DNA of 64,000 nt from Patescibacteria group bacterium UBA5147 (GCA_002415345.1 DHXV01000003.1:24213-88212); one strand, 5' to 3'. Shown: positions 38,199 through 47,079, counted from the first letter of the stretch. Numbers and translations are program-made. The notes: generated by a model from the letters alone, not told the origin.

Positions 38199-39203
38199 AT
38201 GCAAAAGTGGTTTACTAGAGGAATAACGGTTGTCGCGGCGTTAGTCGTGGTTTCGTCGTCGCTGGCTCTTGCTGCTACGCCTGTTCCGACCGCCACGCCA
38301 AAGGCCACCAATTCGGGTCAGGGTCTTGAGATATCGCCCCCGGTCATTGAGCTGAGCGCCGATCCAGGCCAGACTGTCACCGCTACGATTCGAGTTCGAG
38401 ACGTATCCTCGGGTCCGCTCATCGCCAAAGGTCGGGCCGATGACTTTGGGGCTGGCACCGCCGAAGACGGACAGCCAAAATTGTTATTGGATGAGCAGGG
38501 CGCAACGCGCTACTCTCTCAAATACTGGATACCGAGCGTTCCTGATCTTAATCTAGCACCTCAGGAGCTTAAAACTGCGGTAGTAAACATTATCATCCCC
38601 AAGAACGCCGAGCCGGGGGGGCACTTTGGTGTTATTCGGTTCACCGCAGTTCCGCCGGATTTGGCAGGCACTGGAGTATCTCTTTCGGCAAGTGTCGGTA
38701 CGTTGGTCCTACTTAAGATTTCGGGTGCAGTGAAAGACGATCTGAGTCTAGCTGAATTAAGCACAGGTGCCGTAGATGCCAAGGGCGCCTTCAAGTCCAA
38801 ATCCCGCTTCTTCGAAACGGGCCCGGTGGGATTCCTGGTGCGCCTGCGTAATAACGGTACCGTCCATGAAAAAGCTACTGGCGGTATCACTGTTACAGAT
38901 ACCTTCGGCAATAACGTGGCAACCGTCGCCGTGAATGACAAGGGTGGCAACGTCCTCCCAGACAGTATCAGGCGTTTTGAGCAAACGCTCGCCAAAAAGA
39001 ACCTGTTCGGCCATTACAACGCCAAGCTTAGCCTGACATACCTGGGCGGACAGAAGAAGATTGATGCCACGACCAGTTTTTGGGTGATTCCATGGGTATT
39101 GATTCTGGATGTAATCGTAGTACTGGTGATACTGTTCTTTGCCCTAAGGTTCTCGCTCAAAAAATATAACCAGCACATCATTGCTCAGGCCCGTCGTAGA
39201 TAA
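38199..39203 (+). CDS. two-Ig-domain cell-surface protein with C-terminal TM anchor, paralog 3 of 3
   Basis: NNGTVHEKATG, GNVLPDSIRRFE. C-terminus SFWVIPW + TM + ARRR. Start only 8 nt downstream of a -10-like TATTAT, so possibly a leaderless mRNA. Confidence 0.6.
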   Translation: MQKWFTRGITVVAALVVVSSSLALAATPVPTATPKATNSGQGLEISPPVIELSADPGQTVTATIRVRDVSSGPLIAKGRADDFGAGTAEDGQPKLLLDEQGATRYSLKYWIPSVPDLNLAPQELKTAVVNIIIPKNAEPGGHFGVIRFTAVPPDLAGTGVSLSASVGTLVLLKISGAVKDDLSLAELSTGAVDAKGAFKSKSRFFETGPVGFLVRLRNNGTVHEKATGGITVTDTFGNNVATVAVNDKGGNVLPDSIRRFEQTLAKKNLFGHYNAKLSLTYLGGQKKIDATTSFWVIPWVLILDVIVVLVILFFALRFSLKKYNQHIIAQARRR

Positions 39204-39207
39204 AGCA

Positions 39208-39220
39208 CTTATGCTACACT
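39208..39220 (+). promoter_or_regulatory. CTTATGCT-type extended -10 element immediately upstream of 39227
   Basis: caCTTATGCTACACTag. ATG follows 6 nt after the hexamer. Confidence 0.4.
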
Positions 39221-39226
39221 AGAAAC

Positions 39227-40180
39227 ATGAAATACGGTCTCTGGCAACTTATAGCGCATCATCATTCGGGGAGACTCCGGCATCATAGCCATACGTCATA
39301 TGCCGGGTTGATGTTCGCATTACTCCTTACCGGAGTGTTGCTTGTTGGCTCCAGTATAGCGACACTGGCCGCCGTGCCGCCCGTGAACCCCCAGAGCGGA
39401 TCAGTTGGCCTGACCGGGGCCGTGAGGGGGCCGGCTCCGTCACAGGCCGCCACCATCATCAGTCCGGCCAACGGAACCCGGACAACCACCATACCGCTGA
39501 GTGTTTCAGGTAACTGTCCGGCGAACACCTTCGTCCTTATTACCAAGAACGGAGCCTTTGCCGGTGCGACCGATTGCTCGGCTAACGGCACCTATAAGCT
39601 TGATATCGACTTATTTGACGGCCAGAACCAACTGGTTGCCAAAGTGTCCGATGCTCTTGGCCAATATGGCCCCGACTCCGTTCCGGTCTCGGTGTTTTAC
39701 GCCGCGCCAAGTTTTGGTGTTCCTGGCGGGAGCGTCGGGCGGCAGCTGTTCTTGCAGGCCGATGCCACGGTGTATGCCGTTTCGCCCGGCCAGGACCTGT
39801 CGCGCAGCGTCACGATTGTCGGTGGCGTCGGGCCATATGCCGTTTCCTGGGATTGGGGCGATGGTACGACCAGCCTGATCAGCCAGGGGGTGGAGGGGAC
39901 TATCGTAACCAGCCACTCGTATGAACGACCAGGCAACTACCGCGTGATCGTGCGCGTAACCGATGGTGCGAGCAACGCGGCTTTCCTGCAGCTGGTGACC
40001 ATCGTAAACGGGCCGGTCGCCGCCGCCGGTACAACTAATGGGAGCGGTTTGGGGGCACTTTCAGGTAATCTCCTGTCTGCTTGGCCGCTCTACATTTTAG
40101 CGTTATTAATGGTCTTGTTTTTTTGGATCGGCGAGCGCGTTGGACTCAGACAAAATCGGCAACGCGAACTCCATGCTTAG
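39227..40180 (+). CDS. bitopic membrane protein with Ig-like and PKD-like domains (paralog 2 of 2)
   Basis: HHHSGRLRHHSHTSYA N-terminus, TM, PKD signature SWDWGDGTTS...HSY, C-terminal TM + WIGERVG. Paralog of 17376-18317. Confidence 0.6.
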   Translation: MKYGLWQLIAHHHSGRLRHHSHTSYAGLMFALLLTGVLLVGSSIATLAAVPPVNPQSGSVGLTGAVRGPAPSQAATIISPANGTRTTTIPLSVSGNCPANTFVLITKNGAFAGATDCSANGTYKLDIDLFDGQNQLVAKVSDALGQYGPDSVPVSVFYAAPSFGVPGGSVGRQLFLQADATVYAVSPGQDLSRSVTIVGGVGPYAVSWDWGDGTTSLISQGVEGTIVTSHSYERPGNYRVIVRVTDGASNAAFLQLVTIVNGPVAAAGTTNGSGLGALSGNLLSAWPLYILALLMVLFFWIGERVGLRQNRQRELHA

Positions 40181-40271
40181 GCAAGATCTTTACCAATAAC
40201 TAAATCAAAAATGCCCAACCACAAGCAATATTTGCTATAATGGATTAAGAAGCGAGGTATGTTTACGCTCT

Positions 40272-41048
40272 ATGGCACACATTATAGCCATTGCGAACCA
40301 AAAAGGCGGCGTCGGAAAGACCACCACCACCATCAATCTGGGGGCCTATTTAGCTGACGGGAAGAAATCGGTACTGATTGTCGATCTCGATCCTCAGGGC
40401 AATACCTCGAGTGGCCTTGGCATTGCCAAAGACAAGCTGGCAGGTGATTTGTATGACGTGCTCGTGGAAAAGATGCCAGCCCTGGCCGTGGTGCAGGAGA
40501 CGGCTATCAAAGGTCTGAGCGTGTTGCCGGCCTCGCCGGTATTGGCCGCCGCCGAAGTTGAGCTGGTGGCTCACGCCAAACGTGAATTCAAACTGCGTGA
40601 GGCAATCAAGGATTTATCTTACGATTACATTATTATCGATTGTCCGCCGTCATTGGGGATCCTGACCATAAACGGCCTGGTGGCCGCCAACGACCTGATT
40701 ATTCCGGTCCAGGCCGAATTTTACGCTCTCGAGGGTTTGGGCCAGTTGGTGCAGACGGTGCAGCGAGTGCGCAAAGGCCTTAATCCCAAGCTTGGTCTGA
40801 TGGGTGTGCTTGTAACCATGCATAACGGCCGGACCAGCCTGAGTACTCAGGTTCACAGCGAAATCAAGCGTCATTTCCCCGATAAGGTTTTTGATACCGT
40901 GATTCCGCGTAATGTCCGGCTGGCGGAAGCGCCGAGTTTCGGAAAATCCATTATGCATTATGATAAGTGGAGCAAGGGAGCCAAGGCGTACAAGGATTTT
41001 GCCAAAGAGGTGGTAAAACGGTCTAAACAGCCGGCGGGCAAGTCATGA
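40272..41048 (+). CDS. parA: chromosome partitioning ATPase ParA/Soj
   Basis: IAIANQKGGVGKTTTTINLGAYLA deviant Walker A. Promoter TTTGCTATAAT upstream. Confidence 0.9.
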   Translation: MAHIIAIANQKGGVGKTTTTINLGAYLADGKKSVLIVDLDPQGNTSSGLGIAKDKLAGDLYDVLVEKMPALAVVQETAIKGLSVLPASPVLAAAEVELVAHAKREFKLREAIKDLSYDYIIIDCPPSLGILTINGLVAANDLIIPVQAEFYALEGLGQLVQTVQRVRKGLNPKLGLMGVLVTMHNGRTSLSTQVHSEIKRHFPDKVFDTVIPRNVRLAEAPSFGKSIMHYDKWSKGAKAYKDFAKEVVKRSKQPAGKS

Positions 41049-41091
41049 GCATTGACGCAGCAATCATTCGTAACGTAAGAGGGCAAGAGTA

Positions 41092-42000
41092 ATGGCAAAC
41101 AACAAACGAGGACTGGGCAGAGGATTTGATTCACTTATCCCAACGCAGCTGGTTGAAGAGGAGTTCGATATAACGGCCACGGGCGGTGCCGATGGCAAGT
41201 CTCGGGTATTAGATACCCTTCGCGAGGTATCGCCGGAGCTGGTCGACCCGAACCCGCATCAACCGCGCACTAACTTTGACGCGGCGGAACTTGAGGCCTT
41301 GGCGGCAAGTATCCGGGTTCACGGGATACTGCAGCCGCTAATCGTCACACTGGTCGGGCAGAGGTATGAACTGATTGCCGGCGAGCGACGTTTGCGTGCC
41401 GCCAAGCTGGCGGGATTTGATGCCGTTCCGGTTATCGTCCGCAGTTTCGACGAACAGCAGAAGCTGGAGCTCGCCCTAATTGAGAACCTGCAGCGCGCTG
41501 AACTCAACCCCATTGAAACCGCCACAGCCTACCGTAAGCTCATGGACCAGTTCAATCTGAATCTGGCCGACATCGGAGGCCGGGTGGGTCGCGATATTTC
41601 CACCGTTTCCAATACGATGCGCTTACTCAACCTGCCGCTTGAGGCCAAACGGGCCATCGTGGAAGGGCGCATAACCGAAGGTCATGGGCGGGTCATCCTG
41701 AGCGTGCTTGAGCCCGATAAACAGGCCATGTTGCTGGACCTGATGCAAAAAAACCATTGGACTGTTCGCCAGAGCGAAGAGTACGCGCGCGCTTTTAAGG
41801 GCGCTTCCGGCACCCATGAGAAAGCCGCCGCCCGCATTGCCTCAACCAATGATTTAACTCGGTCCCTGGGCGATTACCTGGGCACCAAAGTGACCCAAAC
41901 GACATCGGCCAAGGGCGGCAAGTTGGTCATCGAGTATTATTCCGACGAGGAATTGGACCGTATTTACCAAGCGATCAAACCCAGCGGCGTAGCGCTCTAA
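41092..42000 (+). CDS. parB: chromosome partitioning protein ParB/Spo0J
   Basis: ParB N-terminal domain (GERRLRAAKLAG), HTH and C-terminal dimerisation region. Confidence 0.9.
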   Translation: MANNKRGLGRGFDSLIPTQLVEEEFDITATGGADGKSRVLDTLREVSPELVDPNPHQPRTNFDAAELEALAASIRVHGILQPLIVTLVGQRYELIAGERRLRAAKLAGFDAVPVIVRSFDEQQKLELALIENLQRAELNPIETATAYRKLMDQFNLNLADIGGRVGRDISTVSNTMRLLNLPLEAKRAIVEGRITEGHGRVILSVLEPDKQAMLLDLMQKNHWTVRQSEEYARAFKGASGTHEKAAARIASTNDLTRSLGDYLGTKVTQTTSAKGGKLVIEYYSDEELDRIYQAIKPSGVAL

Positions 42001-42626
42001 AAAAGCTTTGACTGCGCAACCGGTAACAGACGCATAATGGCGTTGCCGATGATATTCTCCGATGGGAGCTGGCCCCAAGCACGGGAGTCAAAGGAACCGC
42101 CCGGAGTGCGGTTATCGCCCATGACAAAGACGTGGCCGGGTGTCACGGTAATATCGGTGTCTTCCAAAGTTTGGGTACCTGAAGGTTCATAAGCGACATC
42201 CGGGTTGTAGCCGGCGGGTCGGGCGTCGTTATATACCGTCACAGTCCCGTTTCGAACGACCACGCGGTCTCCCGGGAGGGCGATGACTCGTTTGACAAAG
42301 ATTTCCGCGGGATCAACGGGGTAATGGAACACGATAATCTGGCCACGCGCCGGCAGGTAATCGGCGTTTTTGTTAACCGCGTGACGAACTTGCGCGATGG
42401 TGTCATCTAGCTTTGAGACTATGAGATAATCGCGATTCTGCAACGTTTGCAGCATGCTAGTGCCCTCAACGTGGTAAGCCTGGAAAACAAAAGTATGCAG
42501 TACCAGGACCATCACGAGCGGGAGGATAACCCAGCTTAGCAAACCCCGCCCAGCAATCGTTAACCCTTTTGCGAAGCGGCTGAGCGGCGATTTATGATCT
42601 GGTGATGGTGGTGGCGTATCGGCCAT
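41997..42626 (-). CDS. lepB: signal peptidase I
   Basis: GTSMLQTL (Ser box), KRVIALPGD, GDNRTPGGSFDSR (box E). Confidence 0.85.
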   Translation of the reverse strand: MADTPPPSPDHKSPLSRFAKGLTIAGRGLLSWVILPLVMVLVLHTFVFQAYHVEGTSMLQTLQNRDYLIVSKLDDTIAQVRHAVNKNADYLPARGQIIVFHYPVDPAEIFVKRVIALPGDRVVVRNGTVTVYNDARPAGYNPDVAYEPSGTQTLEDTDITVTPGHVFVMGDNRTPGGSFDSRAWGQLPSENIIGNAIMRLLPVAQSKLF

Positions 42627-42645
42627 AATCAGCTTCGGCGGGTGC

Positions 42646-43395
42646 CTAGAATACCTTGGTGTCTTTTAGCGGCAGCAATCGCAAAACCGCATCGCCGATG
42701 ATATAGCTGGACGGAAGCTGGCCCCATTCGCGAGAGTCAAAGGATCCCCCTGGTGTCCGGTTATCGCCGAGGACAAAGACATTGCCGGGTTGTACGGTCT
42801 CATCGGTATCTATGAGGGTGGTGGTGCTGCTAAGTTCGTATTTGGTATCGGGATTGAAACCATTGGGGTTGGCAGGGTTGAACACTGTAACCGTACCGTC
42901 TTTGATGATGACGTGGTCGCCGGGCAGTCCCACTACTCGTTTCACGAATACTTTCGTCGGGTCCTGCGGGTAGTGGAATACAATGATTTGGCCACGGGAC
43001 GGAATATAGTCGACGTGCTTGCCAAATACGCCCTCTACCATCGCCGCCGTGTCACCCAATTTCGATACGATGAGGTAATCGGTTTCATGGAGCGTCGGCA
43101 CCATGCTGCTGCCTAGAACATGGTAGGCCTGGAAAACAAAGTTGTGGAGCAGCAAGACAATGGCAATCGGGAAGATGACCCAGCTCAGCAGCGCAAATAC
43201 CACTGCCTTGAAACCGTTGGCGACCGTTTGGAGCGGCCCTGGGGGTGTTTGAAAATCGGCGTCGGCTTCGGAAGGGTCGTCGACGCGTAATATATCGCCG
43301 AGCACTGGGGTTTGAGGCTTATCCGCGACGGGAGGGGGAGCCGGGGTGGAAGGCTCCGGGCGGAAAGGATTTTGCGGGCGATTTTGCGGTTCCAT
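42646..43395 (-). CDS. lepB: signal peptidase I (tandem paralog with Pro-rich N-terminal extension)
   Basis: GSSMVPTL, KRVVGLPGD, GDNRTPGGSFDSR. About 60-aa Pro-rich cytoplasmic N-terminus. Confidence 0.85.
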   Translation of the reverse strand: MEPQNRPQNPFRPEPSTPAPPPVADKPQTPVLGDILRVDDPSEADADFQTPPGPLQTVANGFKAVVFALLSWVIFPIAIVLLLHNFVFQAYHVLGSSMVPTLHETDYLIVSKLGDTAAMVEGVFGKHVDYIPSRGQIIVFHYPQDPTKVFVKRVVGLPGDHVIIKDGTVTVFNPANPNGFNPDTKYELSSTTTLIDTDETVQPGNVFVLGDNRTPGGSFDSREWGQLPSSYIIGDAVLRLLPLKDTKVF

Positions 43396-43492
43396 ATGTT
43401 TCCGAGTATACCCTTAACGCCTAAGCTCCCGCAACCGTTCGGTTAACTTTTGGCGTTTACCGCCCGGGAGATACTGGTTATACTTAATATCA

Positions 43493-45082
43493 ATGAGTAA
43501 AGATTCCACGCCAGGACGGCGACAACTTGACGGACCCGTACGCAGGATAGCCAGCCCGCCGGTTGATACCGGTACTCCTGATGAACCCAGGTTGCAGGGT
43601 TTCGTCCCGCGGCCTGTTACCGACCTGAAAATTGACCCGATCGAACCAGTTTATGTTTATCGCAAGTCCAAACGCCATGGTTTCAAAAAGAAACTGCTCT
43701 TCATTCCGGTGCTAATAATTGTCGTCGTCGTGGGATGGTTCGGTTACAAGGCGGTCCAGGCGGCTCACCGAATTATCGGCCAGGCCGGATCAGGAGCGCC
43801 GGCTCTGGCAGGAGCCATCGATCCCACCAAACTTAAAGGTGAGGGGGACGGCCGGGTCAATATTTTGGTTTTGGGTGTTGGCGGGGCCGGCCACGACGGA
43901 CCGGACCTGTCCGATACCATGATGGTCTGGAGTATCGATCCCAAAACCAAGGACGTGGCGATGCTGAGCGTGCCGCGTGATTTGTATGTCAAAATTCCGG
44001 CATCGGTCAAGAACAAGTCCCAATCCGGCAAAATCAACTCGGCCAATGCGCTGGGCGGCCCGAACGTGGCAGCTAAGGTCGTGGAAAACGTCATCGGCGT
44101 GCCAATCCATTATTACGTAGTCGTGGACTTCTCCGGCTTCAAACAGGCGGTTGACGCGGTGGGAGGCGTAGATATCGACGTCAAGCAGGCTTTGTTCGAT
44201 AGGTCCTACCCTTGTGAAACCGGCAATAAGTATTGTCCTTACGTGCAGCCGGCGGGCCACATCCATATGAGCGGCATCCAGGCCCTGCGCTATGCCCGCT
44301 GCCGACATGATGAGGCGGGAATCGGCAACTGTGGCAACGACTACGGTCGTGCCGCCCGTCAGCAGGAGGTTATCGCGGCGCTGCGGCAGAAAGCCCTCTC
44401 GGCGGGCACGCTGACGAATCCTATCAAACTGAACGCTCTCATCAACGCCATCGGCGAGCACGTTAAGACCGACTTGCAGTTCGGCGAGCTTAAGAAACTT
44501 GCAGCTATGGCCAAAGACGTCAATCCGGCCAAGATCGTCAACAAGGTGTTGGACGACGCACCAGACAGCTTTCTGGTGGGCGGAGTCAATATTATCCCCG
44601 CTGCCGGCTATATATACGTACCGAAAGCCGGCGCAGCGCAAGCGAATTACTTCGACTATTCCGATATCCAGGATTTCGTTAAGAATATTTTCGTCGACCA
44701 CTACATCACTGACGAGAACGCACGGCTGGAAATCCAGAATGGTTCGGGTATTATCGGATTGGCATCGCGAATCACGCAAAGTCTGAAGTCGGCGCACTAT
44801 AATGTCATGCTTCCGGCAAACGCTCCGACCATTACCGCTCAAACCGTCATTTATGACTACACAAATGGCAAAAAGCCGTATACTATCAACTATCTGGAGA
44901 AGCGATTCGGCGTGAAGGCGATTAAAACCAACTTGCCGCCGGTGGTCTCGACGTCACCGACGATAACATCAAGCGCCAGTGTGTCAGGATCGCCCGCGGC
45001 TGCGGCGTCACCAGAGATTAGGATTATCCTTGGCTCAAATTACCAGTCGACAACTCAAAGCAGCCCGACACCGCTTAACTAA
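43493..45082 (+). CDS. LytR-CpsA-Psr (LCP) family cell-wall glycopolymer ligase with C-terminal LytR_C domain
   Basis: TM anchor, VNILVLGVGG...DTMMVWSIDPKTKDVAMLSVPRDLYVKIP LCP core, R-rich motif YARCRHDEAGIGNCGNDYGRAARQQEV. Confidence 0.85.
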   Translation: MSKDSTPGRRQLDGPVRRIASPPVDTGTPDEPRLQGFVPRPVTDLKIDPIEPVYVYRKSKRHGFKKKLLFIPVLIIVVVVGWFGYKAVQAAHRIIGQAGSGAPALAGAIDPTKLKGEGDGRVNILVLGVGGAGHDGPDLSDTMMVWSIDPKTKDVAMLSVPRDLYVKIPASVKNKSQSGKINSANALGGPNVAAKVVENVIGVPIHYYVVVDFSGFKQAVDAVGGVDIDVKQALFDRSYPCETGNKYCPYVQPAGHIHMSGIQALRYARCRHDEAGIGNCGNDYGRAARQQEVIAALRQKALSAGTLTNPIKLNALINAIGEHVKTDLQFGELKKLAAMAKDVNPAKIVNKVLDDAPDSFLVGGVNIIPAAGYIYVPKAGAAQANYFDYSDIQDFVKNIFVDHYITDENARLEIQNGSGIIGLASRITQSLKSAHYNVMLPANAPTITAQTVIYDYTNGKKPYTINYLEKRFGVKAIKTNLPPVVSTSPTITSSASVSGSPAAAASPEIRIILGSNYQSTTQSSPTPLN

Positions 45083-45821
45083 GCAGTTGGAGGGGGTACC
45101 GCAACGGCTTCTACTGCCGGTGCTTCTAGGTCTGTTAATTTGGTGGCCCAGCCAGAAGGGATACTGGTGGGTGGCCCTTATCCTAGTGGTAGCTGCCGAG
45201 ATTGTCCTGGCGGAGTCAAAGGACACCATTCAGAATCGTCTGATTGAGCGGTTTCCGGCTCTCATGATGGCGGGAAGCATCGCGCTGAGTATCTCGCTGT
45301 TACCTAAGGCCGCTTCCCAATTGGCCCTGGCCGGAGCCTACGTCACCTGGCGGTTCTTCTTCGACGGTGTCTCGAAAGCCGGCGATAGTGGCTTAATCAG
45401 TATATTCTTAGTTCAAATTGCGTTCTTTGAGGCGGTATTTTTGTCCGCGGCCATCGCCGGGCCATCGCCCGCGTTGACGATTACTGCGGTTTGGCTTGGC
45501 TGCTTTGGCCTGGCTCACGCGCTGTTGCGTGGTCGAGGGGAGCGGAGCACCATGCTTATGGCATCGGTTTGGGCGCTGGTGGCGGCGGAGTGCAGCTGGG
45601 TATTTACGACTTGGCTTGTCAGCTACGTTACGGTCGGTGGGTACGTAATCGTGCCACAGCCTACGCTCGTGTTGTCAGCACTGGCGTACTGTTTTGGCGG
45701 CATCTACATGGCGCAACGCCAGAACAAGCTCAGCCGGACGCGTCTGAGTGAATATTTATTTATTGTCCTGATTATTCTAGCGATCGTTATTGCCGGGACA
45801 AAATGGCGGGGCTCGCTTTAG
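44979..45821 (+). CDS. polytopic membrane protein, unknown function (start uncertain)
   Basis: Six or more TM segments. The tracked GTG start overlaps the LCP gene by 104 nt. Later in-frame starts (TTG 45087 after the GGAGGGGG-like stretch, GTG 45120) are more plausible. Confidence 0.45.
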   Translation: MCQDRPRLRRHQRLGLSLAQITSRQLKAARHRLTKQLEGVPQRLLLPVLLGLLIWWPSQKGYWWVALILVVAAEIVLAESKDTIQNRLIERFPALMMAGSIALSISLLPKAASQLALAGAYVTWRFFFDGVSKAGDSGLISIFLVQIAFFEAVFLSAAIAGPSPALTITAVWLGCFGLAHALLRGRGERSTMLMASVWALVAAECSWVFTTWLVSYVTVGGYVIVPQPTLVLSALAYCFGGIYMAQRQNKLSRTRLSEYLFIVLIILAIVIAGTKWRGSL

Positions 45822-45877
45822 CTTTCAGCTGACCCTCAGGGTGCTACCATAGAATTAAGGTAATTAAGCGCCCATAA

Positions 45878-47032
45878 ATGAGGATAATTATGTTGCTCGA
45901 AAATATTCCCAGGCCTAGACGTATCTCCGGCTTAACGTCCCGGGTAATCGCTATCGGACTTGCTGCCGGTCTTGTCGGGGGAAGTCTCGGTTCCTACAGT
46001 TTTATCAAGTATTTTGCCAGCGCCGTACCCACCGCTAAACAGCAGTTGGTGGTTAATGAGACCTCCAGCGTCATTGACGTTGCCGCCAAGGTATCTCCGA
46101 GCGTCGTATCCATTACCACAAAACAACTGGCCCAAGGTTTCTTCGGGAGGACGCAACAGGTGGAAGGTGCGGGAACAGGCATAATCGTGACTGCCGATGG
46201 ATTAATTCTAACCAACAAGCACGTGGTGCCGGCCGGGACGTCTACGGTCACCGTGGTCGATTCAAACGGTAAGCAGTATACCGACGGGCAAGTAATCTCA
46301 CGCGATCCGGTTAATGACATAGCATTTATCCGCATCAAGGCTTCCGGTCTGCCGGCGGCCCAACTCGGCGATTCGAGCAACGTGAAAGTCGGTCAAAAAG
46401 TGGTTGCCATCGGTAATGCTCTCGGGCAGTTCCAGAACTCGGTCACCGAAGGGATTATTTCAGGAGTTTCCAGGGAGATAGCGGCGGGGGACGAAACCGG
46501 CACCGCATCCGAGGTGCTTCAAAACGTCTTTCAGACCGACGCCGCCATTAACTCCGGCAACTCGGGCGGTCCCTTGGTGAATTTGGCCGGCCAGGTCATT
46601 GGCATGAACACGGCCGTCGCCAGCCAAAACGCGCAGAATATCGGCTTTGCCATACCGATCAACGATATTAAAAATGACATCTCCAGCGTCAAATCACAGG
46701 GGAAAATTGTCCGACCTTATCTCGGCGTTCGGTTCGTCGCACTGACCAAAGACGTCGCCACAAGTAATAACTTGAGCGTCAACAGCGGCGCCTGGCTGCA
46801 GAGTGATTCTTCGGGCTCAGCTGTTGTTCCGGGGAGCCCGGCCGAAAAAGCCGGTCTCAAGGACGGAGACATTATTGCGAAGGTAGCAGGTACTACGATC
46901 GATGGGACCCATAGTCTGCAAACCTTGGTATCAAACCATAAGGTCGGCGATAAGGTGGATCTCAACATCATCCGTGATGGCAAGACCATTAATGTCGCTG
47001 TAACCCTCGAAGAGGCGACGGCTAGTAATTAG
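45878..47032 (+). CDS. HtrA/DegP-family serine protease with one PDZ domain
   Basis: TM anchor, trypsin-like catalytic triad region (TNKHVV; GNSGGPLVN), C-terminal PDZ. Confidence 0.85.
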   Translation: MRIIMLLENIPRPRRISGLTSRVIAIGLAAGLVGGSLGSYSFIKYFASAVPTAKQQLVVNETSSVIDVAAKVSPSVVSITTKQLAQGFFGRTQQVEGAGTGIIVTADGLILTNKHVVPAGTSTVTVVDSNGKQYTDGQVISRDPVNDIAFIRIKASGLPAAQLGDSSNVKVGQKVVAIGNALGQFQNSVTEGIISGVSREIAAGDETGTASEVLQNVFQTDAAINSGNSGGPLVNLAGQVIGMNTAVASQNAQNIGFAIPINDIKNDISSVKSQGKIVRPYLGVRFVALTKDVATSNNLSVNSGAWLQSDSSGSAVVPGSPAEKAGLKDGDIIAKVAGTTIDGTHSLQTLVSNHKVGDKVDLNIIRDGKTINVAVTLEEATASN

Positions 47033-47079
47033 TTGCACAGGTACGCACTATTACTGCCGTACATCGCCAGTGCGATTTA

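Noticed and set aside
44979-45086. 104-nt out-of-frame overlap between the LCP gene and the downstream membrane-protein ORF
   Set aside because: It is probably an artefact of taking the longest ORF. A later in-frame start (TTG 45087 or GTG 45120) is more likely, so no real long overlap is claimed.
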